Positions 10,721 to 20,691 of a stretch of DNA of 64,000 nt are shown here, piece after piece. Each line of letters starts with the position of its first letter. Position 1 is the first letter of the stretch. The stretch comes from Nitrosopumilaceae archaeon (GTDB lineage Archaea > Thermoproteota > Nitrososphaeria > Nitrososphaerales > Nitrosopumilaceae). The notes beneath the pieces are model-generated. The model did no database searches and was not told where the DNA came from. It was given only the letters and a program-made list of their open reading frames with translations. The DNA lies in assembly GCA_965200155.1 (NCBI GenBank), contig CBDATR010000043.1, positions 1-64,000 of the forward strand. Direction: 5' to 3'. The translations under genes were made by a program, and so were the position numbers.

Positions 10721-11866
10721 ATGGGAATCCCGGAAAAGATAAAGGCCATCCAGGACGAGATGGCGCGCACCCAGATAAACAAGGCTACTGAGCACCACAT
10801 AGGACTGCTCAAGGCAAAGATAGCCAAGCTCCGCCGGGAACAGGAGGAGCGGGGGAGCGGGGGAGCGGGCTCCAGAAATGACGGCTTTGATATAAGAAGG
10901 GCGGGCGATGCTACAGTAGTATTCATAGGACTGCCCAGTGTGGGAAAGTCAACCCTGTATACTATTAGTACTGGATGTCTTCCAGCCACCCTGCTGAACC
11001 GCCTTACAGGAGCGCATTCGGCGGTGGGCGCATTCCAGTTTACCACTCTAACGGTAGTTCCCGGCATGATGGAGTACAGGGGGGCGCGTATACAGGTACT
11101 GGATTTGCCGGGCATCATAAAGGGGGCATCCACAGGACGGGGCCTTGGAAAGCGCATACTCTCGGTGGCCAGATCCGCGGATTTGGTACTATTAGTACTG
11201 GATGTCTTCCAGCCATATCACAAGCAGGTACTGGTGCAGGAGCTGGGCAACATGGGAATACGGTTAAACTCTCTACCACCAAATATAACAATCGAAAAAG
11301 CCGGTTCCGGCGGCATTGCCATAGCGCAGCAGACCAGACTGACAAAGATTGATGAGCATCACATCAAGGACATACTGCATCTGTATGGAATAATTAGCGC
11401 CAGAGTGGTGATGAGGGAGGATATAACATCAGATCAGCTGGTAGATTACATATCCGGAAATGTAGTCTATACCAAGTCCCTGACGATCCTGAATAAGATT
11501 GACTTGGTGGATACGGACTTTGTGGCATCTGTGTCAGATATTATACACGAGGATTTTGTGGGAGTCTCGGCAAATTCCGGCGCCAACATGGACAAACTGC
11601 GGGACATGATATATGACAAGCTCAACTTCATACGCATATACATGAGACCCAAGGGAGGACCCACCGACTACGAGGAACCGCTAATGGCCCGGTCCGGAGA
11701 CACCATAGAGGATATTTGTAACAAGCTGCATCGTAGTATGCGGAGCGAATTCCGGTACGCGCTGGTCTGGGGCAAGAGCGTGAAATTCGGCGGGCAGCGG
11801 GTAGGACTGTCCCACACGTTACATGACGAGGATGTGCTGACCATAATAAAGAGAAGAGGATCCTAG
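10721..11866 (+). CDS. drg: DRG/OBG-family translation-associated GTPase with TGS domain (12-aa insertion after the P-loop)
   Basis: [48 protein letters not shown]-terminus. Confidence 0.93.
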   Translation: MGIPEKIKAIQDEMARTQINKATEHHIGLLKAKIAKLRREQEERGSGGAGSRNDGFDIRRAGDATVVFIGLPSVGKSTLYTISTGCLPATLLNRLTGAHSAVGAFQFTTLTVVPGMMEYRGARIQVLDLPGIIKGASTGRGLGKRILSVARSADLVLLVLDVFQPYHKQVLVQELGNMGIRLNSLPPNITIEKAGSGGIAIAQQTRLTKIDEHHIKDILHLYGIISARVVMREDITSDQLVDYISGNVVYTKSLTILNKIDLVDTDFVASVSDIIHEDFVGVSANSGANMDKLRDMIYDKLNFIRIYMRPKGGPTDYEEPLMARSGDTIEDICNKLHRSMRSEFRYALVWGKSVKFGGQRVGLSHTLHDEDVLTIIKRRGS

Positions 11867-14661
11867 TATAGGTTGCTACTGAGGTCTATCTGCTGATCAG
11901 TACTGATGACGCCCTTGGCGGCAAGTATGTCTATTAGACTCTTTAGGAGATCCTTCTGCTTGTCACTACCTTTATCGCCGGGCGGCCCCGGGGGTCCACG
12001 TATGCCTTTCTCGCCGGGAGGTCCGGATTGCCCTGCCGGTCCACTGGGCCCCTGCTCGCCCTGGGGTCCTGCCGGTCCCGGAGGTCCGCGCTCGCCCTGT
12101 AATCCCTGAACGCCTTGGGGTCCACGTATGCCTTTCTCGCCGGGAGGCCCCTGCTCGCCGGAGGGTCCCTTGGAGCCGGGAGGTCCGGGAGGCCCCTTGT
12201 CTCCGCGCTCGCCTATAGGCCCCTTGTCTCCGGGTATGCCAGGCAACCCAATGGGTCCCTGTTCGCCTTGCGGTCCCTTCTCGCCCTTCTCGCCAGGAGT
12301 GCCTACCGGACCCGGCTCGCCTGCCAGCCCCCGCGGTCCTTGCGGTCCCTGAACGCCCTTCTCGCCGACGGGGCCAGCTGGTCCTCGAGGTCCTGGTATA
12401 CCTGTGGGTCCGCGCTCGCCGGTAGGTCCGCGCTCGCCTATTGGTCCTTTATCGCCTATGGGTCCGGTAACACCACGCTTTCCGGCAAGACCCTTGTCGC
12501 CGGTAGGCCCTTGCGGTCCCTTCTCGCCCTTGTCGCCGGTAGGGCCGGTAACGCCCCGGGCTCCGGCAAGACCCTTGTCGCCGGTAGGCCCTTGCGGTCC
12601 CTTCTCGCCCTTGTCGCCGGTAGGGCCGGTAACGCCCCGGGCTCCGGCAAGACCCTTGTCGCCGGTAGGCCCTTGCGGTCCCTTCTCGCCCTTGTCGCCG
12701 GTAGGCCCAACAGATCCGCGCGCGCCTTGCGGTCCCTTATCTCCATCAGGTCCCTTCTCGCCTTTCTCACCCTTCTCGCCCGCGGGTCCGGTAACACCCC
12801 GTGCTCCTACAGGTCCCTTCTCGCCGGTGAGTCCACGCTCACCGGTAGGTCCCTTCTCACCCGCTGGTCCGGTAACACCACGCTTTCCGGCAAGACCCTT
12901 GTCGCCGGTAGGCCCTTGCGGTCCCTTCTCGCCCTTGTCACCGGTAGGTCCGGTAGCTCCACGCTCACCCGTAGGTCCCTTCTCGCCAGTGGATCCCCGG
13001 ACTCCTTTGTCACCCTTCTCGCCCGCGGGTCCGGTAACACCATGCGCACCCGCAAGTCCCTTGTCACCACGAGGTCCACGCTCACCCGTAGGTCCCTTCT
13101 CACCCTTGTCACCCGTAGGTCCGGTAGCGCCACGCTCACCGGTAGGTCCCTTCTCGCCAGTGGATCCCCGGACTCCTTTGTCACCCTTCTCGCCCGCGGG
13201 TCCGGTAACACCATGCGCACCCACAAGTCCCTTGTCACCACGAGGTCCACGCTCACCCACAAGTCCCTTCTCGCCCTTGTCACCCGTAGGTCCGGTAGCG
13301 CCACGCTCACCCGTAGGTCCCTTCTCGCCCTTGTCACCCGTAGGTCCGGTAGCGCCACGCTCACCCGTAGGTCCCTTCTCGCCCTTGTCACCCGTAGGTC
13401 CGGTAGCGCCACGCTCACCCGTAGGTCCCTTCTCGCCCTTGTCACCCGTAGGTCCGGTAGCGCCACGCTCACCCGTAGGTCCCTTCTCGCCCTTGTCACC
13501 CGTAGGTCCCTTCTCGCCCTTGTCACCCGTAGGTCCGGTAGCGCCACGCTCACCCGTAGGTCCCTTCTCACCAGTGGATCCCCGGATTCCTTTGTCACCC
13601 TTCTCGCCCGCGGGTCCGGTAACACCATGCGCACCCGCAAGTCCCTTGTCACCACGAGGTCCACGCTCACCCGTAGGTCCCTTCTCGCCCTTGTCACCGG
13701 CAGGTCCGGTAGGGCCAGCGGGTCCGGTATTACCCTTGTCACCACGGGGTCCACGCTCACCCACAAGTCCCTTCTCGCCCTTGTCACCGGCAGGTCCGGT
13801 AGGGCCAGCGGGTCCGGTATTACCCTTGTCACCACGAGGTCCACGCTCACCCACAAGTCCCTTCTCGCCCTTGTCACCGGCAGGTCCGGTAGGGCCAGCG
13901 GGTCCCTTGTCACCACGAGGTCCACGCTCACCCACAAGTCCCTTCTCGCCCTTGTCACCGGCAGGTCCGGTAGGGCCAGCGGGTCCCTTGTCACCACGGG
14001 GTCCACGCTCACCCACAAGTCCCTTCTCGCCCTTGTCACCGGCAGGTCCGGTAGGGCCAGCGGGTCCGGTATTACCCTTGTCACCACGGGGTCCACGCTC
14101 ACCCACAAGTCCCTTCTCGCCCTTGTCACCGGCAGGTCCGGTAGGGCCAGCGGGTCCGGTATTACCCTTGTCACCACGGGGTCCACGCTCACCCACAAGT
14201 CCCTTCTCGCCCTTGTCACCGGCCAGGTCCGGTCCACGCTCACCCACAAGTCCCTTCTCGCCCTTGTCACCGGCAGGTCCGGTAGGGCCAGCGGGTCCCT
14301 TGTCACCACGTCCCGGGGCGCCTTTCTGGTAAGCATCACCCGTAAGTCCCCACCCATTATTATTGAGGACTTTGTCAAATACAGAATAGTGCCCAGTAAG
14401 TATATCCAGGGCAATAATCCAGACGCGTTTCAGTGCCAGAATATCTGATGATACAGGATTTGTTGAAGTGCCCAGTGTTACATCAAAAGTGCCGTCGCTT
14501 ACCCTGAGGTGAAAATTATCAGCCCAAAGCGAGGAAAAGCTCCACCCCTTTATGGAATCGGCAGTCGGCTTTTTATCACATATGGCTATGCGTACCTCGT
14601 ATATACCACTACGTGTGATTGGGGCCGGGCCACTTACATTTAGGTGCGCACCATCGGCCAT
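11863..14661 (-). CDS. Collagen-like protein (~790 aa Gly-X-Y) with an N-terminal globular domain
   Basis: Near-continuous G-X-Y triplets rich in GEK/GDK/GER/GPT; short helical C-terminal tail. Confidence 0.93.
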   Translation of the reverse strand: MADGAHLNVSGPAPITRSGIYEVRIAICDKKPTADSIKGWSFSSLWADNFHLRVSDGTFDVTLGTSTNPVSSDILALKRVWIIALDILTGHYSVFDKVLNNNGWGLTGDAYQKGAPGRGDKGPAGPTGPAGDKGEKGLVGERGPDLAGDKGEKGLVGERGPRGDKGNTGPAGPTGPAGDKGEKGLVGERGPRGDKGNTGPAGPTGPAGDKGEKGLVGERGPRGDKGPAGPTGPAGDKGEKGLVGERGPRGDKGPAGPTGPAGDKGEKGLVGERGPRGDKGNTGPAGPTGPAGDKGEKGLVGERGPRGDKGNTGPAGPTGPAGDKGEKGPTGERGPRGDKGLAGAHGVTGPAGEKGDKGIRGSTGEKGPTGERGATGPTGDKGEKGPTGDKGEKGPTGERGATGPTGDKGEKGPTGERGATGPTGDKGEKGPTGERGATGPTGDKGEKGPTGERGATGPTGDKGEKGLVGERGPRGDKGLVGAHGVTGPAGEKGDKGVRGSTGEKGPTGERGATGPTGDKGEKGPTGERGPRGDKGLAGAHGVTGPAGEKGDKGVRGSTGEKGPTGERGATGPTGDKGEKGPQGPTGDKGLAGKRGVTGPAGEKGPTGERGLTGEKGPVGARGVTGPAGEKGEKGEKGPDGDKGPQGARGSVGPTGDKGEKGPQGPTGDKGLAGARGVTGPTGDKGEKGPQGPTGDKGLAGARGVTGPTGDKGEKGPQGPTGDKGLAGKRGVTGPIGDKGPIGERGPTGERGPTGIPGPRGPAGPVGEKGVQGPQGPRGLAGEPGPVGTPGEKGEKGPQGEQGPIGLPGIPGDKGPIGERGDKGPPGPPGSKGPSGEQGPPGEKGIRGPQGVQGLQGERGPPGPAGPQGEQGPSGPAGQSGPPGEKGIRGPPGPPGDKGSDKQKDLLKSLIDILAAKGVISTDQQIDLSSNLY
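12440..14310. repeat. Hierarchical tandem repeats encoding collagen blocks
   Basis: Near-identical 45-, 63- and 72-bp units, e.g. cttctcgcccttgtcacc... Confidence 0.9.
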
Positions 14662-14715
14662 ATGACATCAGGGCAGTAAAGGTATATTTTACCTTTATTG
14701 TATCTGACATGGTAT

Positions 14716-15778
14716 TGTAATGTATGAAAAGTCGGTCAGCTAGTCATTGGTATCTCACTCCATCCATTTTGCATCATTTGCCCTAGTCTGTATGAGTTCA
14801 CCTGTGTCTAAATTTACGCACAACTGATCGTGACAGTTAATGTGATTTGTGCACAAGATTCCGGAAGACGTGAACTCATACCCTAGTCTGGGTCGCCTTT
14901 TTATTCCTGAAGCGGCGTTTCGCCGTTATCTATATCCAGTGAGAAGTGCAACCTTCTCTCATTGTAGTAGTCAACATAATCCCGGAGACTGTCATAATGC
15001 CATATCTCGTTGGACTCTTAAATAAGAGTCCCCTCGTCCTCAATCGTTCTATGGAAGCGCTCCAGTTTGCCATTTGTCTGCGGGTGATATGGTCTGGAAT
15101 TGATTAGTATAATGTCCTGATCCAGCAGTTCTTCCTAGAATAGTGTGGGTTTCCAGTTCTTTTTGCCCTTTTATTGTACTACGAAACACGCGCCGTTATC
15201 CGAGATGCAGGGGCGCCGAATCGTTTCATTGCCAGTCTCAGTAGAGTGGTGTTCTCTGAGGTTGCATGCTCAAATAGTGCCGCTCCGATTATACACCTGG
15301 ATGCATCATCTATGAGATTCAGTCCCCTGAAGCGCTCATCTTTTCATGACGTGCCAGTCTACGTGCCACATTGCATTGGAATATTTACGCTCATATTGTA
15401 TTCACTTTCGTCTCCTTGACTTTGCAGGTGATGAGACTGTCGTGCCGTTCTTTTTCATTATGCGATATACTGCGCGATATGTATCATGTCTAAGCCTCTT
15501 TGCAATACGTACTACTCCGGCGGGATCCTTGCTGTATGCTTCAGTCACCATTCGTATCTGGGTGACGGTGATTGGTATCATGGGCCTGCCCATCTTGAGT
15601 CGTTCCCGTTCTCTGGTTCACAATCTTCGTACGTGTCTTGTTTTAGGTCTTGAGCTATTTTGGTGGAGGTAACGCCTCTTTTGTCTTGATTCCTCTGTTA
15701 TTCTCTTTACCATCTGGCTTGTACAATCTGAACTACTGTACGCCGGATCCTAAGCGAACTTACTTTTCGCACTATTGA
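14716..15778 (-). mobile_element. IS481-family element copy 2 (defective), containing MITE-A
   Basis: Same TIRs; ~15-bp TSD gtatctg(a/g)catggta. Confidence 0.88.
14790..14881. mobile_element. MITE-A copy (92 bp)
   Basis: TIRs; TSD cctagtct. Confidence 0.92.
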
Positions 15779-15790
15779 GTATCTGGCATG

Positions 15791-15921
15791 GTAACCGTTT
15801 AGACCACCCCCGGCAACCGTCTAAAATACACCACGAACATGTTTGTCCTTGTTTTGCCCATCCTGTTATCTCATATGTCCATGCATAGATGTCTGCTCTT
15901 TAACGCGGCCTAAACGGTTAC
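15791..15921. mobile_element. MITE-B (IS66-type TIR GTAACCGTTTAG)
   Basis: GTAACCGTTTAG...CTAAACGGTTAC; interior similar to 30549-30682. Confidence 0.8.
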
Positions 15922-16113
15922 TCTGTAATGAGTCTTGATTGGAGATTATGCATAAAGGTTATGGAATCCATGATAGTGATGGATTTTGTACGTGATCGTT
16001 GAGTATTGTTGCTTTGCAGATCTATTTACATAATATTCATTATACAAAAAAGTCAGATCAGAATCCATTCATACGGATAATATTTATCAGGTTTGCGGAT
16101 ATAATAACAACTA

Positions 16114-17217
16114 ATGGAGGATAAGCCAGACACAAAACCAATCCCAGCAAGTGGTAGTCTGACCGATTCAGACTATAATCGCAAAAAACTCTTTAAAAAG
16201 GGAGTCAACCTCATGGCCGACGAGAAGCTTGAGGACGCGTGCGAGGTATTCGAGCAGGCGTTGAGGATAGATCCCAACAACGTAGAGACCCTGTTGAAAC
16301 TAGGCTATGCCCGGTTCCATCTAGACCAGTATCCCGAGGCCCTAGAGTCATATGACAAGGTACTGGAGATAGACGTAACCCACCCGGAGGCATGGAACCT
16401 CAAATCTCTTGTGGACTATGAGCAAAAAAACTATGCCAAAGCCCTGGAGGCCGTAGAGAATTCGGTGGAATCAGACCCTAACTATGGTATGGCATGGTAC
16501 AACAAGGCCTGTTACCTCTCGCTACTGAATCAGGTGCCCGAGTCTCTAGAATCACTAAAGCGCTCCATCGAGATAGACGTAAAGAACGCCCGCAAGGCGG
16601 TCAAAGATAGGGACTTTACCAATGTTCGCATAGAGGAGGGATTTAGGCGTATAATAGAGGTCGTGGTACTAGAGTCAATTCGTCAAGGATACCATACCCT
16701 GGGCGCCATTGTCTGGACAACTTTCCTCGGCAAGGACGATACCGCAGAGGCCCTAGTCAAACTGCAGGAGAAAGGCCTCATAGTGAAGAATGAAAAGCGG
16801 GAGGGATTCCATCGCATACCCGTATATGATCTGGCCAAGAAGGTGGCAGATAACGTTACCGTGGAAAAACGTGGATTTTTGGGTCTGACCCACAAGAAAC
16901 TTCCCGGAACCATACAGGTATTCCGCATTATGGCCGAGTCTGTTCACGTGGCAAAGACATCCATAGAGGAAGAGGATGTTAAAAAAACCATATCAAGTCT
17001 AGAGTCATTTACAGATCCCAAGAAATGTGGACCCATAATGATAGAACAATTCTTTGAGGAACACCGTGATATTAGGCTCTGGAAGGTACGTTTGGAACAC
17101 AGGGGCAAAGAATACTTGATGGAGCACAAGGAACGCATGCTCACAGTACTGGACAACATAAACGTGTCCATAACCCGCAAGATACGGGAGAGCGATTCTG
17201 TGGATTTACCACGCTAG
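16114..17217 (+). CDS. Tetratricopeptide repeat protein
   Basis: Four TPR-like units (ALRIDPNN, VLEIDVTH, AWYNKAC) plus a possible winged-helix segment. Confidence 0.85.
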   Translation: MEDKPDTKPIPASGSLTDSDYNRKKLFKKGVNLMADEKLEDACEVFEQALRIDPNNVETLLKLGYARFHLDQYPEALESYDKVLEIDVTHPEAWNLKSLVDYEQKNYAKALEAVENSVESDPNYGMAWYNKACYLSLLNQVPESLESLKRSIEIDVKNARKAVKDRDFTNVRIEEGFRRIIEVVVLESIRQGYHTLGAIVWTTFLGKDDTAEALVKLQEKGLIVKNEKREGFHRIPVYDLAKKVADNVTVEKRGFLGLTHKKLPGTIQVFRIMAESVHVAKTSIEEEDVKKTISSLESFTDPKKCGPIMIEQFFEEHRDIRLWKVRLEHRGKEYLMEHKERMLTVLDNINVSITRKIRESDSVDLPR

Positions 17218-17278
17218 TCCACTGAGTGGAAATAACCCTATTGATAATCCTAGTCTACATTTAGTTTTTAATGTAATC

Positions 17279-17769
17279 TATAGCGATCACCCTAAGTCTT
17301 TGAGAACATGGCACCTCGTTCCTGGACAGCACATGGCTTTGGCTTATCGCCATTATTCTCGCCCTGACGCCTCCGGTTGGGCGAGGAACGGTTCCCCCTC
17401 CGGACGACACGCTCTGCCGCCCCATACAGGGAAACCGGTTACTAAACGCCGCGTTGATATCGGCGTGAAATTCCTGGTTACATATTGAATGTGTCCCTAG
17501 TTGATCGTGATTTGTCAACGTGTCCACACATGTGACAGGTCTGGCTCGTTGGGCGGGTAAACCGCCCCTAGTGTATTTCGCTGGCACGGCCACCAATTCA
17601 ATCCCCAGTGCCTCGCACTTTTGCCCCACTCTCCGGCGGAACTCGCCTACCCGGTTCTCGCGCATGGACGGTTCATTGTTCTTTTCCGGTTCCCGCCATG
17701 ACTGGTCACTGCTTTCGGTGATAAATCCTCTAGTACTACCTTGTCTACACCTTTGGTGATCGCGTGGAC
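17279..17769 (-). pseudogene. tnpB: TnpB C-terminal remnant with putative omegaRNA region, ending in an IS630-type TIR
   Basis: HAITKGVDKVVLEDL (RuvC-II), LGIELVAVPAKYT, CHMCG Zn finger, HADINAA (RuvC-III); frameshifted; terminal TATAGCGATCACCCTAAGTC. Confidence 0.85.
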
Positions 17770-19022
17770 TATAGCAGTCACCATAAGTCTTGGCAGTGAT
17801 TTTCCATAAAATATCACAACAGGGATGGCAGACAGGCTAAATCAGCAGATGTAAGTAATGTACCCTACCATACTTTATGGACATGGAATACTTCATGACG
17901 AGTTTAGTGGCGTATAATGACTGTGTACATGTATGGGCCTCCAGAACGATCACGCACAAAAATCCACCACTTATTCCCTGATCAGAGTGGCATGAAATAG
18001 TGTACCAACTACTTTGTAGGTAACCTAGTTTGACCTTTTGTACTATACCGGCCGACACGGATGTGCTTTCCACACCGCCTGCACTTTTTGAACCGTTTTT
18101 TCTGTTTTTGGATCACTGGGTTCCCCCTTGCGTACTGATTCCATGATTGGTAGTATTAATCCATCAGCTGGTTTTCTGTTCCAGAATTTGTTAAAATCAT
18201 AATCGAGCTTATGGCCATCTTTGAAATCATACACTGCCTACTTGTGGTAATTGATATCCGAATATCGTAGGGAGTGATCCATCCCCCTCTTGAGTACGCT
18301 ACAGAATTCCTTGACTGGATTCAGGTATGGATGTCCAACCGGATACTCTATTACGATTATGTCCCGATCAGCAAAGAATTCCTTGGCCTTCCTTGAGGTG
18401 TGCCATGTCCACGAATAGTACCATCTTACCCACCTTGTTATGCATGTGATCCAGGAAATTCTCTGTATCTATGACCGTATAATCATCAAGGAATACCCTA
18501 CCGTCATTAATCATGGTACAGGCCATGGAGAACCAGTATCGCCTGCCGGTCCATGCCATGAGTACGCGCCTGCCTGCAGGGACCCGGAATCGCGCAGATA
18601 ATCTCTCGGTCTTGAAATGGGATTCATCCTGGGTAACAATGGCATAATCCATCTTTATGTAACGTGCAACCTTTTCTGACATTTCTTGCCTCCATTTTTT
18701 CACGTCTTCCATTGAATCACGATTCATGTGGATTGGGGATGACTTTTTGTTGGAGCAACCGGCGAGGTGGACATGGACAACCATGCCGTGGTGATTTCAT
18801 GTGGATTGGGGATGACTTTTTGTTGGAGCAACCCCACTTTTTGGCGTAACGCTTGAACCTGATTTGCGCTCAGCCATATGCCGGATATCTCTTCGAGGTA
18901 ATCTTGTAGTGGTGAATACGTGGCTTGGCGCCCATAAACGGATCCTCTCCAGCTGTTCTCGCTTTCTTTTCGTGGGGCGAGCTGATCTGGGCTTGCCAGT
19001 CTCTGATTCCCGCTGTATCATT
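17770..19022 (-). mobile_element. IS630-family element remnant inserted at a TA in tnpB
   Basis: IVTQDESHF, MVLFVDMA and YPVGHPYLNPVKE DDE motifs; end TATAGCAGTCACCATAAGTC. Confidence 0.82.
18723..18833. repeat. 38-bp perfect direct repeat flanking a 35-bp insert
   Basis: ttcatgtggattggggatgactttttgttggagcaacc at 18723-18760 and 18796-18833. Confidence 0.9.
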
Positions 19023-19114
19023 GTATGAGTTCACGTCTTCCGGAATCTTATGCACAAATCACATTAACTGTCGCGATCAGTTATGCGTAAATTTAGACAC
19101 AGGTGAACTCATAC
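19023..19114. mobile_element. MITE-A copy (92 bp), no TSD
   Basis: TIRs; joins truncated IS630 and truncated IS481 remnants. Confidence 0.9.
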
Positions 19115-19654
19115 GTCTCAGTAATAGAACGGCGTTCTCTGAGGTTGCATGCTCAAATAGTGCCGCTCCGACGATGCACCTGGTTGCATCATCTATGAGA
19201 TTCAGTCCCTTGAAGCGCTCATCTTTCATTACATGCCAGTGCCACATTGCATTGGAATATTTACGCTCATAGCGTACTCACTCTGACTTTGCAGGTGATG
19301 ATCCTGCCGTACCGTTATTTTTCATTATGCGATATACTGAGCAATATATTGTAATTCTGTCTAAGCCTCTTTGCAATACGTACTACTCCTGCGGGATCCT
19401 TGCTGTATGCTTCAGTTACCATTCGTATCTGGGTGGCGGTGATTGGTATCATGGGCCTGCCCATCTTTACTCGAGTCGTTCCCGTTCTCTGGTTCACAAT
19501 CTTCGTACGTGCCTTGTTTCAGGTCTTGAGCTATTTTGGTGGCGGCAACGCCTCTTTTGTCTTGATTCCTCTGTTATTCTCTTTACCATCTAGCTTGTGC
19601 AATCTGAACTACTGTACGCCGGATCCTAAGCGGACTTACTTTTCGTACTATTGA
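19115..19654 (-). mobile_element. IS481-family element copy 3 (partial)
   Basis: Matches the other copies; left end ...gtactattga. Confidence 0.88.
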
Positions 19655-19678
19655 CAGTCTAATTTTTGTATAATATAA

Positions 19679-20335
19679 TCAAGAATAATCCAGTCCGTAA
19701 TGCGCATCTATCAGGGGTATAGCTTTTGTGAGGTCCTTCTCTTCTAGTACTGCAGTAGCCTTGTCCTTGACTATATCCTGTGCTCTAAATGCAATCCCCA
19801 TACCGGATATCTCAAACAGCTTGATATCGTTGGCGCCATCGGCAATACAGATTATATCATCTTTGGGGATCCCCCACTTCTCTATCATAACACGTGCATT
19901 TTTGGACTTGTCCGAGTCTACGTTTATGGAGACTCCACTGAGCTTGTCATTCTCAAAGATAAGCTCGTTTGAGGCGACATGATCCAGGCCCAGCTCCCAC
20001 TTTAGCCGGTCTGTCATTATGGTAAAGCCGCCAGATACGGCAATCATGCGCCAGTTCCGGCGCCGGAACTCCCGGCACGCCTGCCTGGCCCCGGTCATTA
20101 TGGGCAGCGAGTCGGCTATTCGCTGGCACAAACCCCTGTCCATGCCGTACAGGGCCTCCACCCTGGTACGGAGTCCCTCCTCCCAGTTTATTGCGCCCTG
20201 TATGCCCTTTTTGGTTATATCCCATATCTCATCCTCCTTGTTTACCTGCTCCGCCAGTACGGGGAGAAACTCTGCATCATAAAGTACACCCTCTACATCA
20301 AATATAATCAACAACTGCGATAATGAGGCACTCAA
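19679..20335 (-). CDS. serB: Phosphoserine phosphatase
   Basis: FDVEGVL, VSGGF and ADGAND HAD motifs. Confidence 0.88.
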   Translation of the reverse strand: MSASLSQLLIIFDVEGVLYDAEFLPVLAEQVNKEDEIWDITKKGIQGAINWEEGLRTRVEALYGMDRGLCQRIADSLPIMTGARQACREFRRRNWRMIAVSGGFTIMTDRLKWELGLDHVASNELIFENDKLSGVSINVDSDKSKNARVMIEKWGIPKDDIICIADGANDIKLFEISGMGIAFRAQDIVKDKATAVLEEKDLTKAIPLIDAHYGLDYS

Positions 20336-20391
20336 AAGCTAAATATATTAAAGTTTGAACTTGCACAATATGCATCGAGCGGATAGTAATA

Positions 20392-20691
20392 ATGAGTGAA
20401 CTGGAACACAAGTACGAGGTAACCGTCAATCAGCGAGAAAAGGCGGCAAGACTTGACAAAGAAACAAAGGAAGTGTTAAAGAAGGCCGGAATGATCAAGG
20501 ACAACAAGCTAAAGATAGGCGGCGTCAGTCCCAGAATGCTCAAGATTATGAAAGCAGAGTATGTAGATTGCCCTGTAATGGAAAAAGAGATACACTTTGT
20601 CCAGTGCTACGTATGTCCCAACTTCCAAAGCCGTCTAAAGAAGATGGTAATGTGCAAGGGAGAACCGCTTCCCGACGTTGATGTCACATGA
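20392..20691 (+). CDS. Small Cys-containing hypothetical protein (possible metal binding)
   Basis: CP...CYVC...C pattern; ATGA overlap with proS. Confidence 0.75.
   Translation: MSELEHKYEVTVNQREKAARLDKETKEVLKKAGMIKDNKLKIGGVSPRMLKIMKAEYVDCPVMEKEIHFVQCYVCPNFQSRLKKMVMCKGEPLPDVDVT

Noticed and set aside
12115-14448. Long ORFs of 777, 642 and 535 aa overlapping the collagen gene
   Set aside because: Shadow frames of a stop-poor Gly-X-Y repeat; no independent coding signal
11863-14661. Prophage tail-fibre locus
   Set aside because: No neighbouring viral genes; it sits beside a housekeeping GTPase
17279-17769. Cas12f/type V effector
   Set aside because: No array or cas1/cas2; fragmentary, multi-copy and transposon-bounded, so TnpB is more parsimonious
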